Source: an uncultured archaeon
GTDB lineage: Archaea; Iainarchaeota; Iainarchaeia; Iainarchaeales; DATDZZ01
Direction: 5' to 3'
Length of the DNA: 32,000 nt
NCBI GenBank assembly: GCA_964373795.1
Contig: CAYJVY010000008.1
Coordinates: 32,908-64,907, forward strand
Shown: in pieces, positions 1 to 9,590 of the stretch
Layout of the letters: each line of letters begins with the position of its first letter
Numbering within the stretch: the stretch's first letter is position 1
Position numbers and translations under genes: made by a program
Notes under the pieces: generated by a model
The model's input: the letters and a program-made list of their open reading frames with translations, nothing else
The model's database searches: none
Told to the model about the DNA's origin: nothing

Positions 1-158
1 TTTTTATTTAATTACTCAAACACATAGTTATGTATACTTTTTTTTCTATTTTCACTTTTTTTTGTATTTCTTTAATTTTTTAAATCTTATTATTTAATTA
101 AGTACTTATAATAATTATTTATTGTTGGATTGTTGGCTTGCTTTGAAAAATGATTTAA

Positions 159-2564
159 ATGAATTTCAATAAATTGTTTGTTTTCTTTTTTGTTTTACTG
201 CTTTCCTTACAAGTTACTGCATTTATTCAAGAGAACTCTGTTGACGTTTATGCTGTAACTGATAGTGGAGATGCTTTAACTGGTAGGCTTACTTTGAAGA
301 TTTCTCCTGGAACTGGAAAACTTTCTTTTGAAGTAAATCCCTTAGTTGGAACTTCTACTCAAACCTCTATGAAGAATGCTGTTAAAATTGCTGGAAATTA
401 TGCAAAGGATTCCAATAAATATAATTATGAATTCATTATTGATGCAAAGGCTTCACTAGTTGATGGGCCTTCTGCTGGTTCGGCAATGACTTTACTTGTT
501 ATTTCTTCTTTGCAGGAGAAAAAAGTGCCAAACGAAGTTGGTTTGACTGGAACAATTACTACTGATGGATTAGTTGGCCCTGTTGGAGGAGTTTATAAGA
601 AAGCTGAAAAAGCTTCAAAGGATGGAAAAAAACTTTTCTTGATTCCTGAAGGAGAAGAAAAACAAGTTGTAAGAATTAATGATTCAATTCAATCAGTTAA
701 CTTGCCTCAATATGCTTTACAGAACTGGGGTTTAAAAGTAATTGCAGTTTCTTCAATGGATGATGTATTAAAATATGCTTTTTCTGATATTAATTCTCTT
801 GAAGTTTCTTCTGCTTCTAGTAATGAGACGACTGATTTTATTCCTCAACCAGCAGTTTTAACTGAGGAAATTACTCCACTTAAATCTATTACTCAAAAAT
901 ATATTTCTGAGTCAAAGAAATTAATTGAATCAGCTAAAAAATCTGTTGAAACAACTATTTTGGAAGATGATTCATTAGTTGATATATTGCTTATTAGATT
1001 AAATGAATCTGAAACAGCTTTGGGTAGAGCAGAGTTATTGTTTGAAAAAAATTATTTTTATAGCGCAGCTAATTCTGCTTTTGTTTCACAGATTGAAATT
1101 GAATTAGTGAAAGATATTGCTGAAAATCCTTCTCTTTTATCTAATTCTTCTACTGCTTTTGATGTTAAACTGCAAAAACTTGAAGACGATGTAAAGGCTT
1201 TTAAAAAACAGCTTTCAGGAAAACTTTCAATTGGAAAAAACTTGGAATGGTTTGCTGCTGCTCAGCAAAGACTGAGTTATGCTGAAACAACGATTGAAGA
1301 ACTTAAATTAACTCAAACAATTGTTGTTCCAGGAATTGAAGGCGAGCTTCCTTCAACTCAAAAATATGCTATTCCAATTGAGCGTTTAAGAAAATATGAA
1401 TTTGCTAAAGCATGGCTTAATGTTTCAAAAGACTTGCATGGCATTAGTTCTTCTTCTAATACATTTGTTGACCAAAAAGAATTATTTGTTGATTCAACGA
1501 ATAAATTTATTGTTGAATCAGAAAATGGTTTAACTATTTTGAAGTCTAAAAGCATTTCAGTTGAAGACATGGAGAGAAGATTAAATGGAGCTAAAAAGAA
1601 TTTACAAAATAAATGGTTTGTTGCTTCATTGTTTGATGGAGCTTCTGCTTTAGGTTTAATTAATGCTGAACTAACCTTAAATAAATTAGAAGAAAAAAAT
1701 GAGTTAAGAGAATTTTTTGACGTGTTAAGAACTAAAATCAGTTCTTTGGATAAAAACATGTCTTCATCCAAATATTCTTTTGGTTGGCCAAAACTTTACT
1801 TAGATCATGCAAAATTCTTTTTAAGTTCAGCTGAAGACTCTTATTCAAAAAATAGAGCTGTTGCAACAAAGCAGTTTCTTAGAAATGGAATTTCATTAGT
1901 TTTTTTAGCTGAAAATCTTTTCATTGTATCTGAAGAAGTTTATGCTTACTATGACAAAATAGATCCAAGCATTATTTCTTCTTCAAATGGAGTTGTTTCC
2001 TCAAATTCTGATGACAATTTTGGAAATTTTCCTGGAAACGTTTCTCGAAATAATTCTGATACTGAAATTAAAATTGATTTTAATTCTACTTGGTTTTTAT
2101 TAGGATTATTTGTTTTACTTGTCTTGGTTTTTTCAGTTATATTAATTGTTGGATTGAATTTTGTTGGATTAATTTCTTTTAATGGCCAGAAAAAAGATGA
2201 CTTGGTTTCGGAAATAAAGCATCAGCAAAAACTTCAAAAACAGTTAGATTTAGAGTTTGCTTTGCATAAAATTAATGAAGAACAATATAAGTATTTAAAG
2301 AAAGACTTTGCTTCAAAGCTTTCAGATCTTGAAGCTAGAAGAAAAATTAAAGCTGCTCAATTAATTGGATTAGATAAAATTAGAGCGCAATATTTTGCAA
2401 CAATTCATTTGCTTAGAGATTTAAAAAATCATTACACTTTAGGTTTAATTGATGAAGAGCAATACAATAAAGAATTTCAGAAATATTCTTTGCAGAAAAA
2501 TAAATTGAAAGAGTCTCTTTCAACTCAAAAAAAGATTAGTTCAAAGAAAAAATTAAAGAATTAA
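159..2564 (+). CDS. Membrane-anchored Lon-like (MEROPS S16) serine peptidase without an AAA+ module; long helical ectodomain, one late TM helix, SHOCT-like cytoplasmic tail
   Basis: 801-aa ORF. N-terminal hydrophobic signal/anchor (FVFFFVLLLSLQV). Lon proteolytic-domain motifs DGPSAGSAM (catalytic Ser) and GPVGGVYKKAEKA (catalytic Lys). No Walker motifs. TM segment WFLLGLFVLLVLVFSVILIVGL. Tail carries two G-L-I-D/N-E-E-Q-Y type repeats. Confidence 0.75.
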   Translation: MNFNKLFVFFFVLLLSLQVTAFIQENSVDVYAVTDSGDALTGRLTLKISPGTGKLSFEVNPLVGTSTQTSMKNAVKIAGNYAKDSNKYNYEFIIDAKASLVDGPSAGSAMTLLVISSLQEKKVPNEVGLTGTITTDGLVGPVGGVYKKAEKASKDGKKLFLIPEGEEKQVVRINDSIQSVNLPQYALQNWGLKVIAVSSMDDVLKYAFSDINSLEVSSASSNETTDFIPQPAVLTEEITPLKSITQKYISESKKLIESAKKSVETTILEDDSLVDILLIRLNESETALGRAELLFEKNYFYSAANSAFVSQIEIELVKDIAENPSLLSNSSTAFDVKLQKLEDDVKAFKKQLSGKLSIGKNLEWFAAAQQRLSYAETTIEELKLTQTIVVPGIEGELPSTQKYAIPIERLRKYEFAKAWLNVSKDLHGISSSSNTFVDQKELFVDSTNKFIVESENGLTILKSKSISVEDMERRLNGAKKNLQNKWFVASLFDGASALGLINAELTLNKLEEKNELREFFDVLRTKISSLDKNMSSSKYSFGWPKLYLDHAKFFLSSAEDSYSKNRAVATKQFLRNGISLVFLAENLFIVSEEVYAYYDKIDPSIISSSNGVVSSNSDDNFGNFPGNVSRNNSDTEIKIDFNSTWFLLGLFVLLVLVFSVILIVGLNFVGLISFNGQKKDDLVSEIKHQQKLQKQLDLEFALHKINEEQYKYLKKDFASKLSDLEARRKIKAAQLIGLDKIRAQYFATIHLLRDLKNHYTLGLIDEEQYNKEFQKYSLQKNKLKESLSTQKKISSKKKLKN

Positions 2565-2565
2565 A

Positions 2566-3678
2566 TTAATTTTTAATGAATTCTTTTAATCCATGTCCTG
2601 TTATAATGATTGCAGTTTTTTCTGCTCCTAAGTCAAGTTTTTTTGCTCCCGCAAAAGCTGCTGCTCCGCTTGTTTCAGAATAAATTCCTTCTTTTCCTAA
2701 TTCTTTTCTCGCTAAAAGAATTTCTTTATCTGAAACATCTTCAGCTAGTCCTTTAGAATACTTTATTGCATGTAATGCTTCTAATCCGTCTACAGGGTTA
2801 TTACAATTAATTGCTGAAGCAATTGTCTTAGTTTTTTTTAATGCCGTAATGTCTTTTGCTTTTTCTTTGAATGCTTTTACAATTGGATTGCATCCTTCTG
2901 CTTGAATTCCATGAATTTGTGGAATTTTTTTAATTAACCCTGTTTTTTTGAATTCAATGCATGCCTTGTAAACTGAATAAATTAGTGTTCCGTTCCCTAT
3001 TGGGCAAACAATATTTTCTGGAGGCATTAAACCCATTTGATCCAGGATTTCAAATGTAACTGATTTTTGTCCTTCTCCTCTAAAAGGATAATCTCCAACC
3101 AAGTAAACATTTGTTTTTCTTCTAATTTCTTTTGTTTTGTTTAATGCTTTTTCGTAGGATCCTTTTAATATATTTATTTTTGCTCCGTAAGCCTTTATCT
3201 GGTTTCTTTTTATTTCTGGAGTGAAATCTGGCAAAATTATTTCTGCTTCAATTCCCGCTCTTTGACAATAAGCTGCAATGCTTGCCCCCATGTTTCCAGT
3301 TGAAGCACATAAAACTTTTTTTTGATTTAATTCTTTTGCTTTGCTTATTTCAATACTTGACCCTCTGTCCTTGAATACGCCTGTAGGGTTTACTCCTTCA
3401 AATTTGAAAAGCCAGTTTTTGAATTGATTTGATTTAATTAGCGGAGTTCCTCCTTCTTGTAGTGAAACGATTTTAGTTAAATCCTTGATTGGATAATAGT
3501 CATAGTATTTCCAATGAGTTGGAATTACTTCAAAGAAAAAACTTTCCTGTCTTTTTCTTATTTTTCCATAATCGTATTCAATGTCTAATGAATACCCGCA
3601 TTTACTGCATTCAAATATTATTTTTGTTGGTGGAAATTCTTTTCCGCATTTAAAGCAAATAAATTTTTTTGCATGCAT
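2566..3678 (-). CDS. thrC: Threonine synthase (PLP-dependent, TrpB-fold) with N-terminal zinc ribbon
   Basis: 370-aa ORF. N-terminal CFKCG...CSKCG. PLP-lysine motif NPTGVFKDRGS. Gly-rich PLP-phosphate loop region. A ThrC-like paralogue such as cysteate synthase cannot be excluded from sequence alone. Confidence 0.7.
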   Translation of the reverse strand: MHAKKFICFKCGKEFPPTKIIFECSKCGYSLDIEYDYGKIRKRQESFFFEVIPTHWKYYDYYPIKDLTKIVSLQEGGTPLIKSNQFKNWLFKFEGVNPTGVFKDRGSSIEISKAKELNQKKVLCASTGNMGASIAAYCQRAGIEAEIILPDFTPEIKRNQIKAYGAKINILKGSYEKALNKTKEIRRKTNVYLVGDYPFRGEGQKSVTFEILDQMGLMPPENIVCPIGNGTLIYSVYKACIEFKKTGLIKKIPQIHGIQAEGCNPIVKAFKEKAKDITALKKTKTIASAINCNNPVDGLEALHAIKYSKGLAEDVSDKEILLARKELGKEGIYSETSGAAAFAGAKKLDLGAEKTAIIITGHGLKEFIKN

Positions 3679-3773
3679 TACTTAAAGTAATGCTTATCCT
3701 AATAAAAATTTTTTGTTCAAAGAATTAATGGATTTGCAACAAATTGAAAAAGTGAATTACTTTTTTTTGTTTT

Positions 3774-4637
3774 TCAGGCTTGCATTGATTTAAGTTTTTC
3801 AATTCTTTTCTCCATTGGAGGATGAGTTGAAAACAAATTGCCTATAAAGCCTTTTTCAAATGGGTTTACAATGAATAAATGAGCTGTAACTTTGTTTGAC
3901 TGGTCTCCTTGCAATGGAAATAGTGAAGCAGTTTGATCTAACTTCATTAATGCTTTTGCCAATCCATTTGGATTGCCAGTTATTTGAACTGCAGTTGAAT
4001 CAGCTAAATATTCTTTTGAACGGGAAACAGCAAATTGGATTAGTACTGCAATTAATGGAGTAACAATAACCAAAAAAAGGAAACTAAGCATTGATCCAAC
4101 TACATTATTGTCATCTTTTCCAGGAAACAAGAACCCTAAATAAAATGCAATTCTTCCAAGTAAAGTTATTGCTCCTGCAATTGTTGCAACAATTGATGCA
4201 ATTAAAATATCTCTGTTTTTAATGTGAGATAATTCATGAGCTGTAACTCCTTCTAATTCTTCTTTATTCAACATATTTAGAATTCCATAAGTAAAACACA
4301 CTACTCCGTGTTCAGGGTTTCTTCCAGTTGCAAATGCGTTTGGCTGGTTTATTGGAGCCAAAAAAATCCTTGGCTTTGGTATTCCAGCTTTTTCAGCCAA
4401 TCTTTCAACAATTGAATGAATGTTTGGAGACTCTTTTTCAGTTAACTCTTTTGCTGCATACATTTTCAAAACAATTGAATCAGAGTACCAATAAGTAAAG
4501 AAATTCATTGCCAGTGCAAGAAAAAACGCAATTGTTGCCCCTATTGGGCCTGCTAGAAAGAATCCTACAAAAATGAATACGCCTGTTAGTGTAGCCAGCA
4601 ATGCAACTGTTTTAATTTGATTATTCATTTCAATCAC
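3774..4637 (-). CDS. htpX: HtpX-type M48 zinc metalloprotease (membrane)
   Basis: 287-aa ORF. N-terminal TM helices, HELSHIKNRD (HExxH), and a downstream E in SKEYLADS. Length and architecture are typical of HtpX. Confidence 0.9.
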   Translation of the reverse strand: MIEMNNQIKTVALLATLTGVFIFVGFFLAGPIGATIAFFLALAMNFFTYWYSDSIVLKMYAAKELTEKESPNIHSIVERLAEKAGIPKPRIFLAPINQPNAFATGRNPEHGVVCFTYGILNMLNKEELEGVTAHELSHIKNRDILIASIVATIAGAITLLGRIAFYLGFLFPGKDDNNVVGSMLSFLFLVIVTPLIAVLIQFAVSRSKEYLADSTAVQITGNPNGLAKALMKLDQTASLFPLQGDQSNKVTAHLFIVNPFEKGFIGNLFSTHPPMEKRIEKLKSMQA

Positions 4638-5146
4638 TTGAATTTTTCATCAACTTCTTTTACTCCTTCTTTTTTCACTTTCTCCATTACTTGTTCTTGT
4701 GCTTGCCCTAATGCAATTGAGTAAGCCACATTCTTTCCAGCCCATCTTCCTCCATAGGCTCCAATTAACATAAACAATACATCTATTGGTTCAATTCCTC
4801 CTAAAGCTGTAAACAATCTCCAAAAAGTTCCAAAATCAATAAATCCTGCATTTAATAAGAAATACCCGTAAGGCCCTAAAACAAATCCAGCCAATACAGC
4901 AATCAAGCCAACTCCTGTTACAAACCACACGAGCTTTGAAACATCCATTTCTGTTTTAAAAGTTCCTCCGCCAATTTTGTATCCATAAGCTGCTATTCCG
5001 CCTGCAATTGCTCCAGTTAAAATTGCAACTATTCCATAAATGCGTCCAGTTGCTAGCATTATTCCAAAAAAAACTCCTGTAGAAACCAATATTCCAACTA
5101 ACCCTAATACAAATGCTAAAACCCATGCACTTCCTTTTCCCACCAT
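4634..5146 (-). CDS. Small Gly-rich multi-pass membrane protein, unknown function, translationally coupled to htpX
   Basis: 170-aa ORF with 4-5 hydrophobic helices. Its stop overlaps the htpX start (ATGA, 4634-4637). Strong GGAGGGAGGAG ribosome-binding site immediately upstream of its ATG on the minus strand. Confidence 0.6.
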   Translation of the reverse strand: MVGKGSAWVLAFVLGLVGILVSTGVFFGIMLATGRIYGIVAILTGAIAGGIAAYGYKIGGGTFKTEMDVSKLVWFVTGVGLIAVLAGFVLGPYGYFLLNAGFIDFGTFWRLFTALGGIEPIDVLFMLIGAYGGRWAGKNVAYSIALGQAQEQVMEKVKKEGVKEVDEKFK

Positions 5147-5245
5147 TGCTCCTCCCTCCTTTAAAACAGTCTAACTCCAACCTTAATTTAATTCTTTGTA
5201 GGAGAAATAGATCTATTTAAACTTTCCTTAATATTATTTGAAAAA

Positions 5246-8215
5246 TTAAACTGAAGCCTTTAATTGTTCTTTAATCTTTAATCCTATTACGCTAGAATTT
5301 TGAGCACTTAATGTTACTCCAATTATTTGATCTGATGATTCAACCATTGCATCGTTATGAGTTACTGCAATGAATTGACTTTGTTGACTTATTTCTTTAA
5401 TCATTGAAGCAAGCTTTTGTGAGTTAGGTTTATCCAGTGCTGCATCTGCTTCATCAAAAATGTAGAATGGAGCTGGATTGTATAACTGAATTGCAAACAA
5501 AAACGCTAAAGCTGTTAGAGATTTTTCTCCTCCACTCATTGAATCAATATTTTTTAACTTGTCTCCTGAATGCTTTGCTTCAATAACTAATCCTGATTCT
5601 AAAGGTTTTTCAGAATTACTTAGACTTATTTTTCCTTCTGCCCCACTTAAATTTAAATACATTTTATTAAAATTAGAACTTATTTCTTTAAAGCATTCCA
5701 TGAAAACAGTTGTTCTTTTTACTTCAATTTTATTAATTAGTTCTAAAACTGAAATTCTTTCTTCTTCCAATTTTGCTGCTTTACGTGTAATTTCTTCTAC
5801 TTCTTCTTGAAATTCAGTGAACCCTTTAATTGCTTTCATGTTTATTTCGCCTAAACTTTTTATTTCATTCTCTATCTTGGGAATTAGTTTTTTTAATTCA
5901 TCTAAAGATTTGTCTGAAAATAATTCTTCTTGAATAAATTCTTTAAATTCTTCTTCTAAATCGTTTACTCTTACTTCATTTTTGGATTTGTTTATTTTTA
6001 TTTCATTTATTTTTTTATATAATTCGTCTATTTTTTTTCTTTTGTCTTCTAGTTCTTTTCTGGAATTAAATAATTGTTTATTTACTTCTATTTTTTCATC
6101 CAATAATTCTTTGTTTTCAAGTGTTATTTTTTTTAATTGAATTTCTAATTCTTTTAAGAATCCTTTTTCTTTTAAGGAATTTTTTTCTTCGCTTGATATT
6201 AATTGATTTAATTCATTTATTTCTTTTTCTAGTTTTGCTATTTCTTCATTTGAATAGTTTTGAATTCGTTTTTTTGCTTCGTTTATTTCTATTTCCAGCT
6301 TATTTATTTCATTTAGTTTTTTATAAAACGCTTGTCTTTTTAGTTCTGTTTTTTCATTGAGTTGTAATTCATTTTCATTTAATTCTAATTCTTTTAATTG
6401 ATTTTGTAGAGCATTTTTTTCTTCCTTTATTTTGTTCATTTCTTTTTCTAATTCGCTTTCTTTCGAATTTAATTGAATTAACTTGTTTTCATTATTTATT
6501 AAATTATTTTTTTTTAATTCGTGTTCTACTTGCTCTTTTTCTTTTTCTAATTCTTTTAATCCACTTGTTTTAGCATTTAATTCTGTTAACTTGTTTTTTA
6601 CTTGAGTAAGAGTTTCAATCTTTCCTTCTAATGCGGATTTTCTTTCTTTTAATTCTTTTATTGTTTTGTCAAAAACTACTAAATCGAGCTTTTTTTTATC
6701 TACAATTGCTTGTTTTAACTTTTCTTCTAACTCTTGTTCACATAAAGGACATTTTGCTTTAACTTCTTTTAATTTATGCATCTTTTCATGCAATTCTTTT
6801 AATAGGGATTCGTTTAGCCCTATTTCTTGTAAAGTTTTGTGTAGCTTTGAAGTTTTTTCTTTTAATTCTGTTTCAATGTCTTTATATAAATTAGTTAGAT
6901 TTTTTATTTCTTGTTCTACGTTTTGTTTTTCATTAATATTTTTTGTTAGTGTTTCTTTTTTTTCTTTTAATTCTTTTATTTTTTCTTGTAATATATTTTC
7001 TTTTTCTTTTAACACTTGTTTTTCTAATTTAATTTCAAATGCTTTTTCACTTAAAATTGCAAACGAATTATTTAATTCATCTATTTTTTCTTGAATTTTG
7101 TTTTGTTTTAAAATTCTTGTTTTTAGTACTTCGTCTTGTGCTTTTTTTTGTTTTTCAAGTTCTTTTAATTTATTTTCTTCTAAGCTTATTTCTTGTTTTA
7201 AAAAATTTACTTGTTTTTCTTTTTCTTGAATATTTTCTGTACTATTTTCTTTTTCTTCTGTTATTTCTTTTATTTTGTTTTTGTTTTTAATTATAATTGT
7301 TTGACTTGATTGAATTCGCTCTTCACTTATTCTAATGTTTGATTTTTTTTCCTCTATTTCTTTTCCTATTCCTTCAAATGTTTTTTCACTTGACTTGATT
7401 AGGGTTTCATTTATGTCTTCAAATTTTTTTTCTAATTCAGTTATTTTTCTCGAGTTATTGTCTCTTTCATAACTTATTTCATTTATTGTTTTTTGAATTT
7501 CTCTTTCTTCAGAATTTTTTTTATCTAGTTCTTCTCTTAATTTTTTTATTTCTAAATCATACATTGTGGCTTTGCATTGTCTTAGTTCTTTATTTAGTTC
7601 TTGATTTTTTAATGCCGCTATTTTTTCTTTTTCTAGTTCTTGAAGATAGATTTGTCTTTCAGTTAATACTATTCTTGCTTCTTTTATTCGGATATTTACT
7701 TTTTCTAATTCTTTTAATGCTTCTGCTTTTTTTTCGTCGTATTCTTTTAATCCTGCTACTTCATCAATTATTTCTCTTCTTTCAACGTCGTTCATTTCAA
7801 TTATTTTAGTAATGTCTCCTTGTACAACAATGTTATGGCCGTCTACTTTTACTCCTATTTCTAGTAATAAATTTTCTATTTCTGAAAGCGTGCATCTTTT
7901 TCCATTTAATCTGCAAACGCTTTTTCCTTGAGAATCAATTGTTCTATTTACTTGGAATTCTTTTGCTCCGTCTTTTAGAGTTAACTCTACTTGGGCATAA
8001 TTTTCTTTTGTATCGTGGTTAATTAAATCAATTAGTTTTGATGCTCTAATCATTTTTAAACTAGTTATTCCTAAACCAAATAAAACTGCATCTAAGATAT
8101 TTGATTTTCCTGAGCCATTTGATCCTGCAATTGTAGTGAATCCATTTGATAAAGGAATTGTAGCATTTTTAAATGACTTAAAATTCTTTAACCTAATCTG
8201 AGCAATTCTAGTCAT
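5246..8215 (-). CDS. SMC-like chromosome-associated ATPase: SMC-type heads, continuous coiled coil, CxxC zinc-hook-like motif instead of a hinge domain
   Basis: 989-aa ORF. N-terminal Walker A GSNGSGKSNILDAVLFGLG. C-terminal signature and Walker B SMSGGEKSLTALAFLFAIQLYNPAPFYIFDEADAALD and QFIAVTHN. Heptad-rich K/E sequence in between, with KAKCPLCEQEL at residues 489-492 (nt 6740-6751). Confidence 0.85.
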   Translation of the reverse strand: MTRIAQIRLKNFKSFKNATIPLSNGFTTIAGSNGSGKSNILDAVLFGLGITSLKMIRASKLIDLINHDTKENYAQVELTLKDGAKEFQVNRTIDSQGKSVCRLNGKRCTLSEIENLLLEIGVKVDGHNIVVQGDITKIIEMNDVERREIIDEVAGLKEYDEKKAEALKELEKVNIRIKEARIVLTERQIYLQELEKEKIAALKNQELNKELRQCKATMYDLEIKKLREELDKKNSEEREIQKTINEISYERDNNSRKITELEKKFEDINETLIKSSEKTFEGIGKEIEEKKSNIRISEERIQSSQTIIIKNKNKIKEITEEKENSTENIQEKEKQVNFLKQEISLEENKLKELEKQKKAQDEVLKTRILKQNKIQEKIDELNNSFAILSEKAFEIKLEKQVLKEKENILQEKIKELKEKKETLTKNINEKQNVEQEIKNLTNLYKDIETELKEKTSKLHKTLQEIGLNESLLKELHEKMHKLKEVKAKCPLCEQELEEKLKQAIVDKKKLDLVVFDKTIKELKERKSALEGKIETLTQVKNKLTELNAKTSGLKELEKEKEQVEHELKKNNLINNENKLIQLNSKESELEKEMNKIKEEKNALQNQLKELELNENELQLNEKTELKRQAFYKKLNEINKLEIEINEAKKRIQNYSNEEIAKLEKEINELNQLISSEEKNSLKEKGFLKELEIQLKKITLENKELLDEKIEVNKQLFNSRKELEDKRKKIDELYKKINEIKINKSKNEVRVNDLEEEFKEFIQEELFSDKSLDELKKLIPKIENEIKSLGEINMKAIKGFTEFQEEVEEITRKAAKLEEERISVLELINKIEVKRTTVFMECFKEISSNFNKMYLNLSGAEGKISLSNSEKPLESGLVIEAKHSGDKLKNIDSMSGGEKSLTALAFLFAIQLYNPAPFYIFDEADAALDKPNSQKLASMIKEISQQSQFIAVTHNDAMVESSDQIIGVTLSAQNSSVIGLKIKEQLKASV

Positions 8216-8239
8216 GCATATCCCTTTACTCTTTTGAAA

Positions 8240-9097
8240 TTATTTTTTTGTTAAATAAAAAAGTGGAAAAACAAGGTTTGTATATGTAACTGCAATTGAA
8301 CTAAATAATAGTCCTGAAATTATTTGATAGTTTTCTATGTTCAAAACTTCTAATGTGAGTAAAGCTGTTTGTTCGGGCATTGAAGGAGTGACAACAATTA
8401 ATGACACTATCTCTAGTGCTCTGTCTAATAGTAAGTCTACTAAAATTATTTCAATTCCTTGAATTATTAGGTTTACTAGAATTACTGCTATTATTAACAA
8501 GAATAATGCAAGTAAGTGTTTATTTGAAAAATTCCAGGCCTCTATTAATCCTTCTTTTAATTTTTTTCCATTTATTGCCATTACTGGAATAAATAAAAAA
8601 AACTTGAAATATAAAAACAAAAACACTAACAGTAAAATAATTGTTGTTAGAATTGTTGTAATTCCTTCAGTTAAAGAAACAATTAATGCATAAAGCATGT
8701 TTGCAACTGAAAACACTAATACGCTGAATATTATTAACGTAAGGATTTCTTTCCATTTTTTCAAGCTATGAGAAAACAATTCCCTTATAGGTTTTTTTTC
8801 TTTAACATATAATGCATAAAAATAAATTAGACTAACATTTAACATTACTACTATTAATGATGCAATAAATATTGAAACCATTTCAATTGGATTAGTTTTA
8901 ATTAGATATGTTAGTAACTCAAATCCTTGAGTGTTAGCAGTTTTTAATTCTATAACAGTGTTAACTATAAATTCACTAAAAGCGATATATGTTATGACAA
9001 TAATTAAAAAATTAATTAAATTAACTAGTACTGCTGGAAGTAAAATTTTTGGTTTTTCTAAAATTAAGCGAAACCCTTCAATTAATGAATTAATCAT
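8240..9097 (-). CDS. Multi-pass integral membrane protein, unknown function
   Basis: 285-aa ORF with about 6 long hydrophobic segments. It lies 24 nt upstream of the SMC-like gene on the same strand. No catalytic motif recognised. Confidence 0.55.
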   Translation of the reverse strand: MINSLIEGFRLILEKPKILLPAVLVNLINFLIIVITYIAFSEFIVNTVIELKTANTQGFELLTYLIKTNPIEMVSIFIASLIVVMLNVSLIYFYALYVKEKKPIRELFSHSLKKWKEILTLIIFSVLVFSVANMLYALIVSLTEGITTILTTIILLLVFLFLYFKFFLFIPVMAINGKKLKEGLIEAWNFSNKHLLALFLLIIAVILVNLIIQGIEIILVDLLLDRALEIVSLIVVTPSMPEQTALLTLEVLNIENYQIISGLLFSSIAVTYTNLVFPLFYLTKK

Positions 9098-9225
9098 TTT
9101 TGCCCTCTTTTGTTGTCTTTATATTATTAAATTATCATTATTTATAAACATATACTATAAAAAAATATATATAATTAATTATTTTGTTTAAATAATTAGG
9201 CTTTGTATTTTGATTTAGTGATTTA

Positions 9226-9510
9226 ATGGATATTCCTAAAGAAATTTCAATTTATTGCGTTAGATGTAACTCTCATGCAGTGCATAAATTAAAGTACTTT
9301 AAAGCAGCTGCAGCTAGGACAATGGCTTGGAGCACTAGACAACATAAAAGAAAATACGAAGAAGGTTATGGAGGAAAAGCAGAATTCACTATAAAGGTTA
9401 AAAAGCAAAACAAAAAACCTACTTTTATAGCTGAATGCAGTAAATGCAAGAAAAAAACCTATAAAGTAATTCCAAAGAGAATGAAAAAAGTTGAAATAGT
9501 CTCAGCTTAA
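9226..9510 (+). CDS. rpl44e: Large-subunit ribosomal protein L44e (eL42)
   Basis: 94-aa ORF. Split zinc ribbon YCVRCNSH...CSKCKKK. Central RQHKRKYEEGYGGKAEF matches the L44e pattern (RQxxR...G.GG K). GTGAT SD-like element 4 nt upstream of the ATG. Confidence 0.85.
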   Translation: MDIPKEISIYCVRCNSHAVHKLKYFKAAAARTMAWSTRQHKRKYEEGYGGKAEFTIKVKKQNKKPTFIAECSKCKKKTYKVIPKRMKKVEIVSA

Positions 9511-9590
9511 CTTTTCAATCCACTAACAAAATAATTAAATACTCTGAATTGCACTAATTATTTAATATATTTCCTTTTTAAAGTGATTAA

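Noticed and set aside
1358-1771. 137-aa minus-strand ORF inside the Lon-like gene, plus similar antisense ORFs at 10280-10465, 11974-12156, 18728-19570, 20347-20705, 22030-22296, 24817-25074, 26688-27053, 28736-28973, 29528-29734 and 30728-31293
   Set aside because: All are embedded antisense in longer ORFs with recognisable domains. None has a recognisable motif.
4956-5180. 74-aa minus-strand ORF overlapping the 5' part of the 170-aa membrane-protein gene
   Set aside because: It is an alternative frame of a gene with a strong SD and coherent TM helices. It is W/R/N-rich and implausible.
5559-7809. Plus-strand ORFs inside the SMC-like gene (5559-5810, 6121-6360, 6666-7094, 7039-7290, 7486-7809)
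   Set aside because: They are Leu/Phe/Ser-rich, low-complexity translations of the antisense of K/E-rich coiled-coil codons. They overlap a strongly supported gene and have no motifs or start contexts.
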